Source: Xylographa opegraphella
Taxonomy: Eukaryota
Direction: 5' to 3'
Assembly (NCBI GenBank): GCA_022813865.1
Contig: JALDZX010000003.1
Span: 372,001-436,000 of the forward strand
DNA: 64,000 nt
The position numbers were made by a program, and so were the translations under genes. Below are positions 1-14,004 of this stretch, in pieces. The stretch's first letter is position 1, and every line of letters begins with the position of its first letter. The notes beneath the pieces were generated by a model. It made no database searches. It was not told the origin of the DNA and saw only the letters and a list, made by a program, of their open reading frames with translations.

Positions 1-385
1 CATGTTTCTGAAACATGCCCATTTAGAGAATTGTTGAAGCATAAGGTAAGGTGGTTAGTTAAAGTACTGTGTAATTACCTTACCCTACCTAGCCCGACTT
101 TCGGTTCCGGGTTAATTCACTACAAAGGGTTTCTTTCAACCAATGACGTCGCATCAAAACTCAAACTATGGGACTAGGTACGGTACTTTTACTTACATAA
201 AATAGACTTTCTAGAAAAAAATATTGTGATGAGCTTTGAGGTCGGACGAAGTGCTGGTTCTGCCCGCATCTTTCGTAGTGGTGGACAGCAAACTTATTGC
301 CTTCAAGACCGCTGATTCTTTCAAGCCATTGGCATACGGGGACGGAGACGGAAAAGAGAGGATACTTCGGATTGTTTTATCTGAA

Positions 386-3300
386 ATGGCTTTGTCCCGT
401 ACGGCAAGCGGGGAGAGTGCGCCTGTTATTCAAAACAGTCCTATATCAGAAGCATGTCTGTCGGACGTACCCGCAAAAGCATCCGGCCCCTCTGCAGAAT
501 TTGCTTCTTTTCCTGTCAAGTCGAGAACTACGTCACATTCGTTACTCTCTTCATCATCTGGTTCATCCAATGCTAGTAGAAAGGCCCGACCTACGGAAAG
601 CGGAATTCTGAATGGAAGTGTAGATCGGGCAAGTATGTCTATGCCACCACCTTTTTCCAAACCTACTACCAGTCCCAGGATATCCCAAGATGAAGGTGAG
701 AGCCTTCCAGGAACAGCCGATGCGGACAAGACACCCAGTTTTAGTGGAGCTGGAAAACAATCAGTCTTCTATACACCACTGACACTTCCTGAGTCTGCTC
801 TCAGGCCTCAGCCATCAGTTAATCGCTCAAAGGATGCCGAGCTCAATCGATTGTCATTTTCATCATATATTTCCTTGGGATCCGCGATTCACAGTGGAAC
901 TAGCGCCAATCAAAGTGCAGCAAGCTCGACTGCTGGTTCGATGAAGGGTGCTATGGCGGAACCGACTCAAACCGTCCTAAGCTCCGGGTCACTGCCATCT
1001 TCACTGGGGTCTACAAGGATTGAGATGCCTACTTTACCTACGACAGCAATGGACCCTGTGTCTGTCACAACTACGAACCACATACAACAGTCTGGTATAC
1101 CTCCCACTGTGTATATCTAGTGATCATACAGTCCTGACCATCCAACTACGATATAGGTATTATGAGCCCAACACACATACCAATCCAAAATGGAAGTAAT
1201 GTGGCTTCCAAACACCTCGAATCATGGAGTACCTCGTCGCGGCCTACTGCTCAGACTCGTCGCTCGCGTAGTAGGACACAAAGACGACCAAGCGGAAGCA
1301 CAGCTGCCAGTAGCGCCAGTCCCAACAATGCCGACAGAGGATCATATGGTATGTGACGTCCCTCGAGAGCTCTGTCTCGTCCTAAAGTGAAACTAGCGAA
1401 GACGATATCGAAGGGGAAGATTGGTGTCTGTGCGCTCGATGTTAAAGCTCGCAGTAAACCTAGCCGAAATATACTCACCCGGTTGCAAAACAACGGCGAG
1501 TTTGAAGTTGTTGTTTTCGGAGATAAAGTTATCTTGGATGAAGGTATGTCTGTTGGTTCTCCTGACACGATATGTGCTAAAGTATTCTTATCGTAGCGGT
1601 GGAGAACTGGCCATTATGGTAAGCAATAATATCCTGATTCCTAGGACGTGTATATCAGGGGCAAAGCCCTCCTTGTGATTTGTCGACATTTTTTTTGAAG
1701 TTCTTGAAGTTCTGATATTGTACTATAGTGATTACCTTTTGTCATTTTACTCTGATGGTTTTCCCTTGGACAAAGCGATAGCTTATGCGCGGTTGCGTAA
1801 GCCGTTCTGTGTCAATGATCTACCGATGCAGAAAGTTTTGTGGGATCGACGAATCTGTCTACGGATCCTAGATAGTTTAGGAGTTCCAACGCCCAAGCGG
1901 CTGGAGGTCAATCGAGATGGAGGTCCGACACTTGAATCCGCAGATCTGGCACATCACGTAAGACACATGTCAGGTGTCCAGCTAGAGGGGGGCGCCGATG
2001 GTATGGGTGGGGGCATACCGATGCCACAGAATGTACAAATGATCGACGATGGTGACACATTTCTTGTGGATGGTATTACTTTGAGGAAGCCGTTTGTTGA
2101 GAAGCCTGTTAGTGGTGATGATCACAACGTACGGATCTACTTCCCAAAATCTGAAGGCGGTGGAGGCAGAAGACTCTTTCGCAAGATTGGCAACAAAAGC
2201 TCAGATTGGGACAGCGAACTGAGCATCCCACGAGCAATCACAGAGAGCAAAAGTAGCTACGTGTATGAGGAATTTCTAAACGTAGATAATGCGGAAGATA
2301 TCAAAGCATATACAGTTGGGCCTGATTTCTGTCATGCAGAAACTCGGAAATCACCAGTTGTGGATGGCTTGGTAAGAAGGAACACACACGGCAAGGAGAT
2401 CAGGTATATCACAAGCTTGACGAAGGAAGAAGCAGCGATGGCTTCCAAAATTGCGGATGGGTTCGGTCAGCGGATCTGCGGCTTCGATCTACTCCGTGTC
2501 GGTAGCAAGAGCTTCGTGATCGATGTCAATGGGTGGAGCTTTGTCAAAGACAACAACGAATACTACGATAAATGCTCGAGTATCCTTCGGCAGATGTTTC
2601 TGAACGAAAGACAAAAAAGGGCCGGCATTAAGACAGGATTGGATAGTGGTGGTGAGCCAACTTCTGATATAATACCACCGATCAGTCACCGCGCAACCTT
2701 TAAAAACCTTTTCAAATCGCCCAGTTTGACAAAGCTTCGAGGTGCCCATGGCCGAGTCCATGGAGCGGTGTCTCCGGATATTCCAGCTACAGGTACGCCT
2801 CTTACGTCTCCGCCGAGCTTAGACAAACGCCAAAGTTATAGCCTTCCCTCGAACGTTGTTCCAATTAAGGACCCTCTTCCTCCGTCAGCTATCCTAAGTG
2901 CAAAGGCTGATCTTGTCAGCTCGCAGGCCTCATCATCAGCCGATCAGTTACCGGAGAGCGTTGTCCCACCTCCAGCGTCCAAGCATTCGTGGAAACTAAA
3001 AGGGATGGTCGCTGTCATAAGACATGCCGATCGGACACCAAAGCAGAAGTTCAAGTTCACCTTCCATACACAGCCGTTCGTAGATCTGTTGCGAGGCCAT
3101 CAAGAGGAGGTGTTGTTAAAAGGTGAAGCAGCCTTGAACAGTGTGCTGGATGCTGTGAAAACAGCAATGAAGCAGGGAATAGAAGATCCTCAAAAACTTA
3201 GTCTCTTGAGAACCTCTCTAGCTAGGAAAGGCGCTTGGACAGGTACAAAGGTACAGATTAGACCAATGTTTACGAAGAAAAAGCCTGCAGAAGTCACATC

Positions 3301-5161
3301 TGCGAGCAATCGTCAGATGGCGGCTGGTGAACCTCAAGAAGCAGCAAACAAATCGGAGGACGAGGTAGTGGAAAGAACTCCGACAAGAAGTGATTCCCTA
3401 CCTGGTATTACCTTATCTAGGTTCTCAGCAGCCGAGAATGACCTGATCCTCGACAAGCTACAATTGATCATCAAATGGGGTGGAGAGCCTACTCATTCAG
3501 CCAGATATCAATCACAAGATCTTGGAGAAAATATGCGAAACGATCTTCTCTTGATGAACAGAGAAGCTTTGGGCGATGTGCGTATCTTTACAAGTTCGGA
3601 ACGACGTGTGAGCACAAGTGGTATATTCTATCTTTCAATGAACGTTTACATTAGTCTCTAACGGCTGACAGCACAAATCTGGGCTTCGTCGTTCCTAGAA
3701 CAGAAGGAAATTCCAGATGATTTGATTTCAGTGCGAAAAGACTTGCTCGATGATTCGAACGCTGCAAAAGATGTGATGGATAAAGTGAAGAAGAAATTAA
3801 AGCATTTATTAAGAGAGGGATACGAACCACCTCCAGAGTTTGCATGGCCTACGAATGCTCCAGAGCCGTCTGCGGTGGTTCGAGAGGTCACAGAGCTCAT
3901 GAAGTTCCACAGGAAAGTTATGAGATCCAATTTCAGTAGACTTGGTAACAATAGTGCTGCTGCTTCATTATCAGCTCTCAACGAGAACGGTAACTCGAGT
4001 GGCTCTCAGACGTCTGATGCTAGTAGCTCTCTAGCTCAAGCGCAGGCAGTCACAAACATACAAGCAAGATGGTGCTGTGGTGAGGATGCGGAACTCTTCA
4101 AAGAACGATGGGAAAAGCTGTTCTCAGAATTTTCTGATGCGGAAAAGGTCGACCCAGGGAAAATTTCTGAACTCTATGATACTATGAAGTTTGACGCCCT
4201 CCACAACAGACAGTTTCTCGAATGGATATTCACACCAAGCTCAGCCTTCTTAGCAGAAGAGGCCGTAATTGGTCCGAACGGGAGCAATCCAGTTTCAGTT
4301 GGAGAGACTGTTGAATCGAAATCTGAACAAAAGCAAGACGATGAAAAGTCTACCGACAAGGCTCCAAGCAATAATCTTGCACAGCGTATGGGCTTCCGGA
4401 GAAAGTCTGTAATGGCTTCTGCACAGCAGTCCGTGGAATCATCGGATGATGCTAAGGAGTCGTACTTCAAGTTATATGGCGGTAGTGGGAAGAGCACAGT
4501 GAAAAGGGACGTCCGACTTGACAGACTCCGCGAGCTCTACAAGCTGACGAAAATCCTCTTCGACTTTGTTTGCCCCCAAGAATACGGCATCGACGACAGC
4601 GAGAAGCTTGAAATCGGCCTTTTGACGTCTTTGCCGCTCCTCAAAGAAATCGTAAAAGATCTAGAGGAGGTTCAGGCATCCGAAGATGCCAAGTCGTTTA
4701 TATATTTCACAAAAGAGTCGCACATCTATACCCTGCTGAATTGCATCCTCGAAGGCGGCATCAAGACCAAAATCGCCCGCAACGCCATCCCGGAACTCGA
4801 CTATCTTTCTCAAATCGTCTTCGAGCTCTACGAATCCGAAGACAAGGACGCAGATTCCTTTGCGTACAGTATCCGCATTACTATCACACCCGGCTGCCAT
4901 ACCATTGACCCGTTGGATGTCCAGCTCGACTCGAAGCACTCGATTGGCTGCGCCCCGAGGCGGAGCTTGACCGCGCATGGGGATTGGAAGGAGATCATCG
5001 AGACGTTGCGAGCGAAGTTCAATACGGTGAAACTACCCAAGAGCTTCCTTGCGGTTAATTTGAGTGAGCTACATGCTGAGGAGGCGGAAAGGGAGGGAGA
5101 GGATATAGAAGGCAGGGGGAAGCTGGACGCTGAGGGGGCGGATAGTGTTCCGAATGTGTAG
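386..5161 (+). CDS. vip1: Inositol hexakisphosphate / diphosphoinositol-pentakisphosphate kinase (Vip1/Asp1), multi-exon
   Basis: Spliced ORFs give the ATP-grasp kinase domain ([52 protein letters not shown]) and the histidine acid phosphatase-like domain ([10 protein letters not shown]). Long Ser-rich N-terminus; ATG at 386. Confidence 0.95.
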
Positions 5162-5392
5162 TGCGACGATGGCTAGGAATGGGTAAAAATGCTATTATGT
5201 TATGGGTTTCGCAGCCCAACAGGACAGTCTACAGCAGAAAAGATTTCCTCAGTATTGCTAGGAGGCGTATTGATGATTAGCTGAAGATCTGTGACGATTT
5301 GTTCTATTCCTCAGCTCAGCTAAAAGGTACGTCTTACAGTCCGTCCGCACCCAAGACCTCTATGTACCTCGCAACAAACAAACCCCACGCCC

Positions 5393-7071
5393 TCAATTCA
5401 CATCACCCCCAAACCCCACGACTCCCCTGCCCCCTCCTTCCGGCACAATCGCCAAAACCTTATACAGCCTTCCCATGCCCCCGCCTCCCCTCTCCACGAG
5501 CCGTTCCACACTCCTCCTCACGCCCTCGTTCCCAACCTCCCCATCCTTCCCCTGCGCCGCGCCGCTCACCTTGCCCAACATCGCTGCCCGCTCTCGGATC
5601 CCCATCCGCTCCAGCCACGCCCCCTGCTCCACTGGCCCGTGAACCTCCACTCCCGGACTCGCTTCCACCGCCGCCTCCGCCAGGGCAGTGAAATCCACGT
5701 CCGCCGAGAGGTCCACCTGCCCCGGCGAGGCGAAAGGCGAGACAAGCGCGTGTGCACGGATGCCGCGGAGTGTGGAGGTCGGGATTGTGGCGGAGGGGCC
5801 ATAGTCGAGGATTAGGGCCGCGCCGGAGGGGATAGGTTTCGTGGTCTGTGTAGTGGGGGTTTTGGAGGGGAGGGGCGAGCCCCCGATGCGCCGGGCGAAC
5901 TCGGCGGCGTAGGAGCGCGCTTCCGGGCAAATCTCGATGACGGAGCCGGGATGGGGCTTGAGAGCTTTGTAGCGCGGGGAGGTTTCCGGAAGGACGAGCG
6001 AGTTGGGGGTCGAGGCTTTGGCGAGAGAGAGTTGGAAGTCTGGTGGAGGTGAGGTGGGTGCGGAGGCGTTGAGGGAAGGGGAAGGGCTGGGTGTGACGAC
6101 TAGTTCGCGCCATTGGGGGGTCAGGGCGGTGGAAGTGGGTTTGGAGATAGGGACGGGGCCGTTGAGACCTTGGATTGTAGAGGGTGTTTGGGGGGAAGGG
6201 GCGACGGATTGGAAGGCGTGGATGGGAAGGGCATCGAAGAACTCGTGAGCGAAGATGAAGGGCGTTTTGGTGGGGTCTGGGGTTGGACGTTAGCATGTGT
6301 GCTTGGGAGGAAGGGAAAATGAAGGAGACATAAAGGGAGAGCTACCGTTAGGAACGAATCTGATGTCTTCGCACCAGATGACTGGGAGATCGGAGTATTT
6401 GCTACGGCTGCGGAACCCAATATCGATCTCTTCCATGGGCTCATCACCGCAGAGGAGTTGCTTCTGCTTGTTGCGAAGGGAGGGACTCGCTTCGACGAGG
6501 TAGACACACTCAATACTGGCGGCCAGGGGCTTGAAATTGCGGATTGTCTAGTAATATTAAATGGTGGCCAGATAGGATCTCGCAGGAGCCCGTACCATAC
6601 CCGCAACATATCATCCATCAGAGTGCCTCGTCCAGGACCGACTTCCACGATCTCCACCCCGCTGCTTTTTCGCCACTGCGCCATCCATTCCGCCACGAGC
6701 CATATGCCTAGGAGCTCACCGAATATTTGAGATATCTCTGGGGAAGTGACAAAGTCGCCTTTCTGGCCGAATTGGTCTCGGTCTCTATTTTGGGCGGTGT
6801 AGTAACCGCCGTCAGGTGAGGTGAGGCATTGGCGCATGTAGGCTGCGATTGAGATTGGGCCAGTGACCTAGAAGTGTTAGATATGGCCAAGATGAGGAAA
6901 AGGTAGAGTTACATTGATTGCACTCGCAATTGTTTTCGCAAGCGGCGTAGACCATTGTCTCGCTGATGTTGAAGACCACTTACTAAATGTGGATGGAAGA
7001 CGCGGGTCGTATACTTTGCAGAAGCGGCATGGTTGCGCTCGCAACAACTTCGAGGTGGACCGAATGATCAT
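5393..7071 (-). CDS. NDUFAF7: Mitochondrial protein arginine methyltransferase NDUFAF7/MidA (complex I assembly), multi-exon
   Basis: Motifs MRQCLTSPDGGYY, FGQKGDFVTSPEISQIFGEL, VEVGPGRGTLMDD, DLSADVDF and MGRLYKVLAI; basic N-terminal transit-like peptide. Confidence 0.93.
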
Positions 7072-7246
7072 TCTATTTTAGCGGAGACTCGTTGAGATAT
7101 TGCCACTGTAGAGAGTGTCAATCCTGAAGCTGTCTGCGCGACTTCATTTTGGATTTTCTACATCAACCTTCGGTGACGAGTTGACGGTTTCCTCGGAGTT
7201 AGCGCATGCGCACCCAATCTTCCAATTCCAGCAAGCTTTGACAGTC

Positions 7247-8763
7247 ATGGCGACCCAAGTGAAATCGAGATGGGCTGATAACGAGGAAGATGTTGAGCTT
7301 GAAAATCGCCGGAAGCAGGAAAAAGAGCAAAAGAAGCGAGTCAAAGCTGAGAAGGAAAGGAAGCTTGAAGCAGCCGCTTCTACAAGCAGAACAGCGAATG
7401 GAGCTAAAGATGCAGCACATCTTGAGCAAGAAGAAGACTCGCGTCCTACTAAGAGACGAAGGCTGTCGCCCCAAATTCAAGAGCAGGAAATAGAGAGCGA
7501 CATTCCTATCGAGCTTTTACCATTTCCAGCGCCCGAATGGGGACCGTGCCGGCATGTAGACAACTTCGAGAAGCTCAACCACATCGAAGAGGGTTCCTAC
7601 GGATGGGTATCTCGAGCTCGAGAGATAGCTACAAGAGAGGTGGTAGCCCTAAAGAAGCTCAAGATGGAAAACTCGAACGATGGATTTCCGGTTACTGGTC
7701 TACGAGAAATACAAACGCTGATGGAGTCGCGGCATGAAAACATCGTGAACCTGAGGGAAGTGGTAATGGGTGATAGTATGACTGAGTAAGCTTATAGGTC
7801 TTGGACCAATTACTATTCTACAATTGCTGATCTTCAAGACCAGTGTTTTCCTCGTTATGGACTTCCTCGAGCACGACCTCAAAACTCTACAAGAAGATAT
7901 GGCAGAACCTTTCCTCCCTTCTGAGATCAAGACTCTTCTACTGCAGCTCACTTCCGCGGTCGAGTATCTCCACAGCAATTGGATAATGCACAGAGATCTC
8001 AAGACGTCGAATATTTTGATGAATAATAGGGGCCAAATGAAGATTGCTGATTTTGGAATGGCTCGATATTATGGAGACCCACCTCCCAAGTTGACACAAC
8101 TGGTTGTCACTTTGTGGTATCGTGCTCCAGAGTTACTGCTTGGCGCTGAGAAGTACGGCCCTGAGGTGGATATGTGGAGCGTAGGATGCATATTTGGGGA
8201 GCTCCTATCAAAGGATCCTCTACTACAAGGCAAGAATGAGGTGGACCAGCTCTCGAAAGTATGTTTTCTACTACCCCTCCTATCAAGAATCTATGATAAT
8301 CCTAATATCTTCTTCTCTTTCCTAGATGTTTGAGCTTTGTGGTATTCCTACGGAAGAGACATGGCCATCCTTTCGACGCCTACCCAATGCCAAATCTCTC
8401 CGCCTTCCGCGTACATCTCAAACTGTTGGAGCCGTCATCCGTGCCAAGTTTCCCTTCCTCACGAACGCAGGCACTTCGCTTCTTACCTCCTTACTCTCTC
8501 TGAACCCAGCACTGAGACCGACAGCGACCGAGGTGTTGGCACATTCATATTTCAAGGAGGATCCGAAAGCAAAGAGTTCCGCTATGTTTCCTACATTTCC
8601 TTCGAAGGCGGGGCAAGAGAAGCGAAGGCGAGTCGCAAGTCCGAGCGCTCCGAAGAGAGGGGAGGCGCCGAAGATACAAGGCGATGAAGCGGATTTCAGT
8701 GGAATTTTTGCGGGTAGGGAGGATGAGGATGTCGGGGCTGGCTTCCGGTTGAAGCTGATCTAA
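7247..8763 (+). CDS. cdk11: CDK11/PITSLRE-family cyclin-dependent kinase (Ppk23/NpkA-like), 3 exons
   Basis: Motifs [46 protein letters not shown] and C-terminal [16 protein letters not shown]. Confidence 0.92.
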
Positions 8764-9738
8764 TGACAGTCAGGGCAGTCTCAGGTGTGCTGTAATATTC
8801 ATGGGAACACTAAAAGCTTCGTCCATAGTGAAGTATGATTTGCGACCACATATTGGATAGAGAACTCGAAATTTCTGACAGCCGCGCCTCTCTTCAAGTG
8901 ATTGCCATCCGTTAAGAAGCGCCCTGACCAGCCGCAGCAAGTTATGAAAATTTATAGTCGACAGTACTAATACACAAAGTTACCTTTCAAATGCCTTTCA
9001 ATCCATCTCTCATCCGTTTCGCATATCCACTATTCAAGAATACCAAAGCTACTGCCTCCACGATGTGAAGAATGCCTATGTAATGTCCGCAACGAATCAG
9101 ACCTTGAGACCTTTTGCTACGTCGGTTGTGCTTCGTCTTTCTTCAATACCAATGGAGAAACGCACTTGGATCAAACCCGAAGTCCCGGAGCAGCAGATAG
9201 ACGAAAAGCAGCTCCATTTCCCGCTGGTGACCATCATCTAATCCCATGACATGAAAATAAGAGTAAGTAGCAATGAAATTCATCCTCGACCCGCTCGACC
9301 AAGGATTATCTCCCGTGGAAATCAGAACAGCTCTCCCTCAACCACATTGAGACATCGGTTCAACATAACAGCCACCGTGTAGGTGCCCCGTAATCTGAAA
9401 ACTGGATCGTAGCCAACGATAGTCTTCATACTCGGTTTCTGAGCTCATTGAAAGCATTTTGCTGTATTTGAACGTTTATATGGCAGCTGTGAATTAGTAA
9501 AAGCACGACTGGAAGAAGTAGCAAAATTCCGAACCAGAATCCGAAATGACTAGGCGACACCACGGCGATCACAAATCGTGGACAGACTCCAGCGAAAATC
9601 TAACCAGACGTCACGTTACAAGGATCGAACGACCACGAGCTTTTAAGCGTCTTTGCAGTTTTGAAAAATCGCTTGTCTATTTCACAGAACAGCCACACCC
9701 GGCCATTTCCCCTTCCCATCCCCGTACGCAGCCCGCAC

Positions 9739-10344
9739 CTAACGATAACTCTTCTGGTATCTCGCCCTGGCCCCCGGCCCACCGAACTTCTTCGGTTCGC
9801 ACCGCCGATTATCCGCGACTAACAGCGTACGATCGTACTGCACGAGCGCCTGCTTCAGTTGGTTCTTAGCGTACTCGTCGACGTACTTCTGGTAGTAGGC
9901 GACGATGCTCTTGGCGATGGCCTGACGAATGGCGTAGATCTGCGACGTATGTCCACCGCCGGAGACGCGAACACGGATGTCAACCGCAGCGAATTTATCG
10001 AGGCCGAGAATGAGGAGTGGCTCGTAGACCTGTGCGCAGGATGTGAGCGAGGCTTGACAGGCGTGGGGAGGGTATGGATGGTTTACCTTGAAGCGGAGGA
10101 TTTCGGGTTGCATGAGGGCGAGGGGCTTGCCGTTTACTTTGACGAGACCTTTGCCGGCCTGTGTGTTGATTATTAGAGATTTGCGCTTTCCGTAAAATTT
10201 CACTGAGGTAGGAGATGAGTACCTTGCAATGGGCAACAGCGGTTGCTGGTCATCGTTAGCCTCGAGGAAATAAGCCAGGGATTGAGCTCGCGGTTTACCT
10301 GTCTTCTTCTTGCCGAAGCACTGCACACTCTGCGTGGTCGCCAT
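9739..10344 (-). CDS. rps16: 40S ribosomal protein S16 (uS9), multi-exon
   Basis: [15 protein letters not shown]...[17 protein letters not shown]...[22 protein letters not shown], with short GT-AG introns. Confidence 0.97.
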   Translation of the reverse strand: MATTQSVQCFGKKKTGKPRAQSLAYFLEANDDQQPLLPIARYSSPTSVKFYGKRKSLIINTQAGKGLVKVNGKPLALMQPEILRFKVNHPYPPHACQASLTSCAQVYEPLLILGLDKFAAVDIRVRVSGGGHTSQIYAIRQAIAKSIVAYYQKYVDEYAKNQLKQALVQYDRTLLVADNRRCEPKKFGGPGARARYQKSYR

Positions 10345-10557
10345 GCTAGGTAGATGGCCTGCGCAAGAGTGGTAGATAGTTGATTTGGTCGCTGAAAATT
10401 CGTCGTAATGTTCCTCGTCGTCGTCGGATTTTCGCGAGGGCTAGCGTTGTGTGGAAGGTAAGGGCTCGCTTGCTTGGCGCTAGTCTGTTTTGGTGACTTT
10501 GCGAAGACCACTGCAAACCTATCCTAGTTTTTGCCACAATTTGGCAAGTTTCTCTGA

Positions 10558-11637
10558 ATGGCACTTTACGCTTTCGGGTCGAACGGTTCGGGCCAGTTAG
10601 GCATTGATAGCAAAGATGATACTGCGATAGCTACACGTTGCAAGGTCGTCTCGCGGCTACTCGACCGCTCTGGAATCCCTGTGAAAGTTGTAGCCGGAGG
10701 CAATCATACCCTGGTTTTATACTCCACCGGACAAGTCTACATGTCTGGCTTCCCTGTCGCTCTAGCAGAACACCCTGGTGATCATAATCATATTGATAGA
10801 ATGAAATTTCAGGTTGCAGAACTAAATTGCTCGGATAATGTCGAAATCAAGCTATGCTCCGCGACTTGGGAAGTTTCTACATTGATAACAGCAGACGATC
10901 ACATATTCACTTTTGGTCTTGGGTCGAAAGGAGAGCTTGGCCACGGGACGCGTTCAATTATGAACGAAAATTTATGCCCGCCAATTGACCGAACGTTCAT
11001 ACCAGAAGGCGCTTCTATAATTGATCTTGCTAGTGGTTTACAGCACACAGTCATTGTACTCTCGAACGGTGAAGTATATGGCTGGGGTAACGGCCGGAAA
11101 GGCCAGTTAGGAGAGCCAGCGGAAATTGTATCAGAGCCTAGGAAGTTCGATGCAGTGAATTTCAAGGTGATGCGAGCAGTCTGTGGTAGAGAATTCACTT
11201 ATCTCGTTGGCGACCAAGGCCAAGGTCAGCACGCTGTACTGGGCTCTGATAAGTTTGGTGTGCGTTCACACGCACCAGGGTCTGTCTCAGGATGGAAAGA
11301 CATTGGAGCTAGTTGGGGAACTATTTTTGTGCTTCATCAGTCTGGAAATTTGATCTCGTGGGGTCGAAATGACCATGGGCAACTTGCACCCCGTAATCTG
11401 CCATATATAGCTAAGATGGCTGTGGGGAGTGAGCATGTACTGGCGTTGACAGCTGAGGGTAAGGTCCTCGCATGGGGATGGGGTGAGCACGGTAATTGTG
11501 GACCTGATGTCGATAAAGATGGGGACGTGAAGTCTCCATGGAGTGAGATAAAGACTCCGGATGGAGACGGACGACAAGCAATTATTGGTATCGGTGCTGG
11601 CTGTGCTACCAGTTGGCTGTGGACAGACTGCGCTTGA
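10558..11637 (+). CDS. ats1: RCC1-repeat protein, Ats1/Kti13-like
   Basis: N-terminal LYAFGSNGSGQLG and repeated RCC1 motifs (GWGNGRKGQLG, SWGRNDHGQL, WGWGEHGNCG). Confidence 0.85.
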   Translation: MALYAFGSNGSGQLGIDSKDDTAIATRCKVVSRLLDRSGIPVKVVAGGNHTLVLYSTGQVYMSGFPVALAEHPGDHNHIDRMKFQVAELNCSDNVEIKLCSATWEVSTLITADDHIFTFGLGSKGELGHGTRSIMNENLCPPIDRTFIPEGASIIDLASGLQHTVIVLSNGEVYGWGNGRKGQLGEPAEIVSEPRKFDAVNFKVMRAVCGREFTYLVGDQGQGQHAVLGSDKFGVRSHAPGSVSGWKDIGASWGTIFVLHQSGNLISWGRNDHGQLAPRNLPYIAKMAVGSEHVLALTAEGKVLAWGWGEHGNCGPDVDKDGDVKSPWSEIKTPDGDGRQAIIGIGAGCATSWLWTDCA

Positions 11638-11902
11638 TCGTCTTCTTGACTCCGAGGCTCTTGATAAGACATGAATAACTCCCTGGACTATTTCTATGCA
11701 GCTATGCCACAGCTATGGTATACATGGTGTCCTCACATCTGTCAGCCAACAAATTTGCAACAGGTCGGCCGGCAAGTTTTCTGATAAAGTAAGTACATAT
11801 GGATACAATGTTTTGGTGTTACATACTTACAATTCTTCTGGTCTATCCACACAAGAATCGGAATGCTGTTACCAACGGAACGAGCTACATCCAGATATGG
11901 GA

Positions 11903-13583
11903 TCAGAATCCATTGTCGAATATTCCTTGTATCTGCAGATATTAGCTATTACCCCATTTCTCACGGAGCTCAACTTACTTGAGATATGGACTGCGTTGGC
12001 GGTACACGCCGGTCAGCGTCGTCATAGTTATCAGTGAGCCTCGACCTAGCAGTTATTACACGACTTGCAGAATTTCCATGCAAGCTGGTCGCATATGAAT
12101 CCTGTTTTCGTGTCAGGACCACGGCAAGATATATTTCATTGGAGCTCACATTATCCGCACTAGCACCCCAACCTAATTGATCCTCATCGTCATCGTAAGT
12201 CTTCTCGCCCCATCTGCTCTCGTCATCGTCTTCTGGAATGAAAAGGCTCTGATGATCGATGCTAGCTCGAGGGGGCGGAGGTGATGGTCTAGGATGTCGT
12301 TGGCTTGCAGACTCGCGGCCGAAGCTTCGTGAAGCTGGCTGTAAAGGAGGCGCCATGCTGTCCTGCCTCTGTTGACTTTCTGGCTGTTGAAAAGGCTTCG
12401 AAGGCTCCGGCCTTACTAAGGACCCTGCAGAAGCGTTTCGTGGAACAGACGGCACTGGTGTTACTGAACCTCCCCGATACTCTCCGATCGTCATCAAAGT
12501 GAACTCGCACTTCATTCCATGCGCATTATAAGATAGCTGCATCGGCCTCGATGGATACGAGTAACACGCAGTAACAGAGGTTTTAAAGGTCTCTCCATGA
12601 GTGACGATGGCTTTGAAGTCCCTGACAGTGATCCCGATGTGGAGCTTTTCTTCAACCATGAAGTTATCGAAATCCAATCTGTCCAATGTGATGGAGGTCT
12701 GCAAAGGTTGTCGAAGGATTTCTAATCTGCTATTAAAAGACAACCACAGTAGAGCAAGGAATCGGCATACCACTTCCATCTACGATCTTTTCTGTATAGC
12801 TTGTGAATGTCACACGGTCGGCTTCGTAGTAGATATCTAATTGCTCGGTCTTAAATCCAAAGTATTCGCCGAACGATTTCAGTACATGAGCGTCAATAGA
12901 CCAATGGTTCTTAGAAATTGATTGGTCAAATACGGCATACACGACCTCTGACGACTCGTATGTCAGTCTGTATGTCTTTTTCACTCCTAATCGGGACTTG
13001 GCATCAGTCAAATTCGAACCAATATTGTTAGCTACACCAACCGTGCCCGCATATCATTTTCACTACGAGTCGACATTCCGTTTTGTCCGGTCGGTCCTGG
13101 ATAGTCACTTCACATCGTTCTATAGAGGCCTCCCGTTCTCGAGGAACATCCAGCCGGCCCCTAAATACTGACAGCAATGCCTAATTAAATTACATAATTG
13201 TCAATAATCAATATACCGTTCACTCAGTATACGGGTACATTGCCTACTTTGTTGTATAGCTGGCAAGTAAAGTTGCTATCATCATTTTCTGGAATCCGAC
13301 CTATGGAAGTACCAGGGTTGAATTGAAAGGTCTGGAAGAAGGCGTCCTTGTCCAGAGAAAATGAGGCACTTGCAGACCTCGAGGAATTCAGAGCAGAGAA
13401 AATCAACTGCACAACGGATCAGCGTTATTTTGACGAATGCTAATACTGGGCTCTAGGGCAAACGCCAACCCCATCACTGCGGGCCTCAAGGCCAACCGTG
13501 TCGCTGAACTTGGCTAGACATAAGACAGCATCATGTATTCTCACCACCCCTTCTGGGCCCACAGTAAAGCTGAGAGTTGGCAT
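11903..13583 (-). CDS. rad9: 9-1-1 checkpoint clamp subunit Rad9 (Ddc1 family), multi-exon
   Basis: Exons give MPTLSFTVGPEGVVRIHDAVLCLAKFSDTV, SALNSSRSA, GVKKTYRLTYE, FTSYTEKI, RDFKAIVTH and PSRPMQLSY...CEFTLMT; C-terminal PPTQ; last exon IQGIFDNGF*. Confidence 0.9.
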
Positions 13584-13998
13584 GTAGACCATTCTGCATC
13601 ATCATGAGGTTAGCACCACAGGATTTCCAAGTTGCCTGGGCTCAAGAAAGCAATATCAGACAACAGGAGATATCAAAGGGTTGAACAGGTCGAGTGCTAG
13701 GGTGCCTTGGCTGACACTGGATTTATATAGCTGGCCATCACTTCGCCACAAGAAGGTCACGATTCTCTTACTTGAGATGGAATAGTCGATATCACTAAAT
13801 CGCTTACGGAGTAATAAGTAGAAAGTGCTGAACGGTCAAGGGTACCAGCTGGCTGTTATCTCATCTTAGACACCATTAAACAACAATTTGCATATTTCGG
13901 CGAGTTTGTTAGCGAAAGTGTTTACACCTAGCTTGGTTGGGCTGTAGTCGCATCGTGACATAAAAAGACTGTAGTAGAAGTGTCCAACGTTGACGAAG

Positions 13999-14004
13999 AC
14001 GCGT
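13999..14004. promoter_or_regulatory. Candidate MCB element (ACGCGT) about 415 bp upstream of rad9
   Basis: Exact ACGCGT upstream of a DNA-damage/replication gene; single copy only. Confidence 0.35.

Noticed and set aside
8800..9700. Intergenic gap between cdk11 and rps16, examined for small genes or ncRNA
   Set aside because: Only short ORFs, and no snRNA, tRNA or snoRNA hallmarks found by eye.
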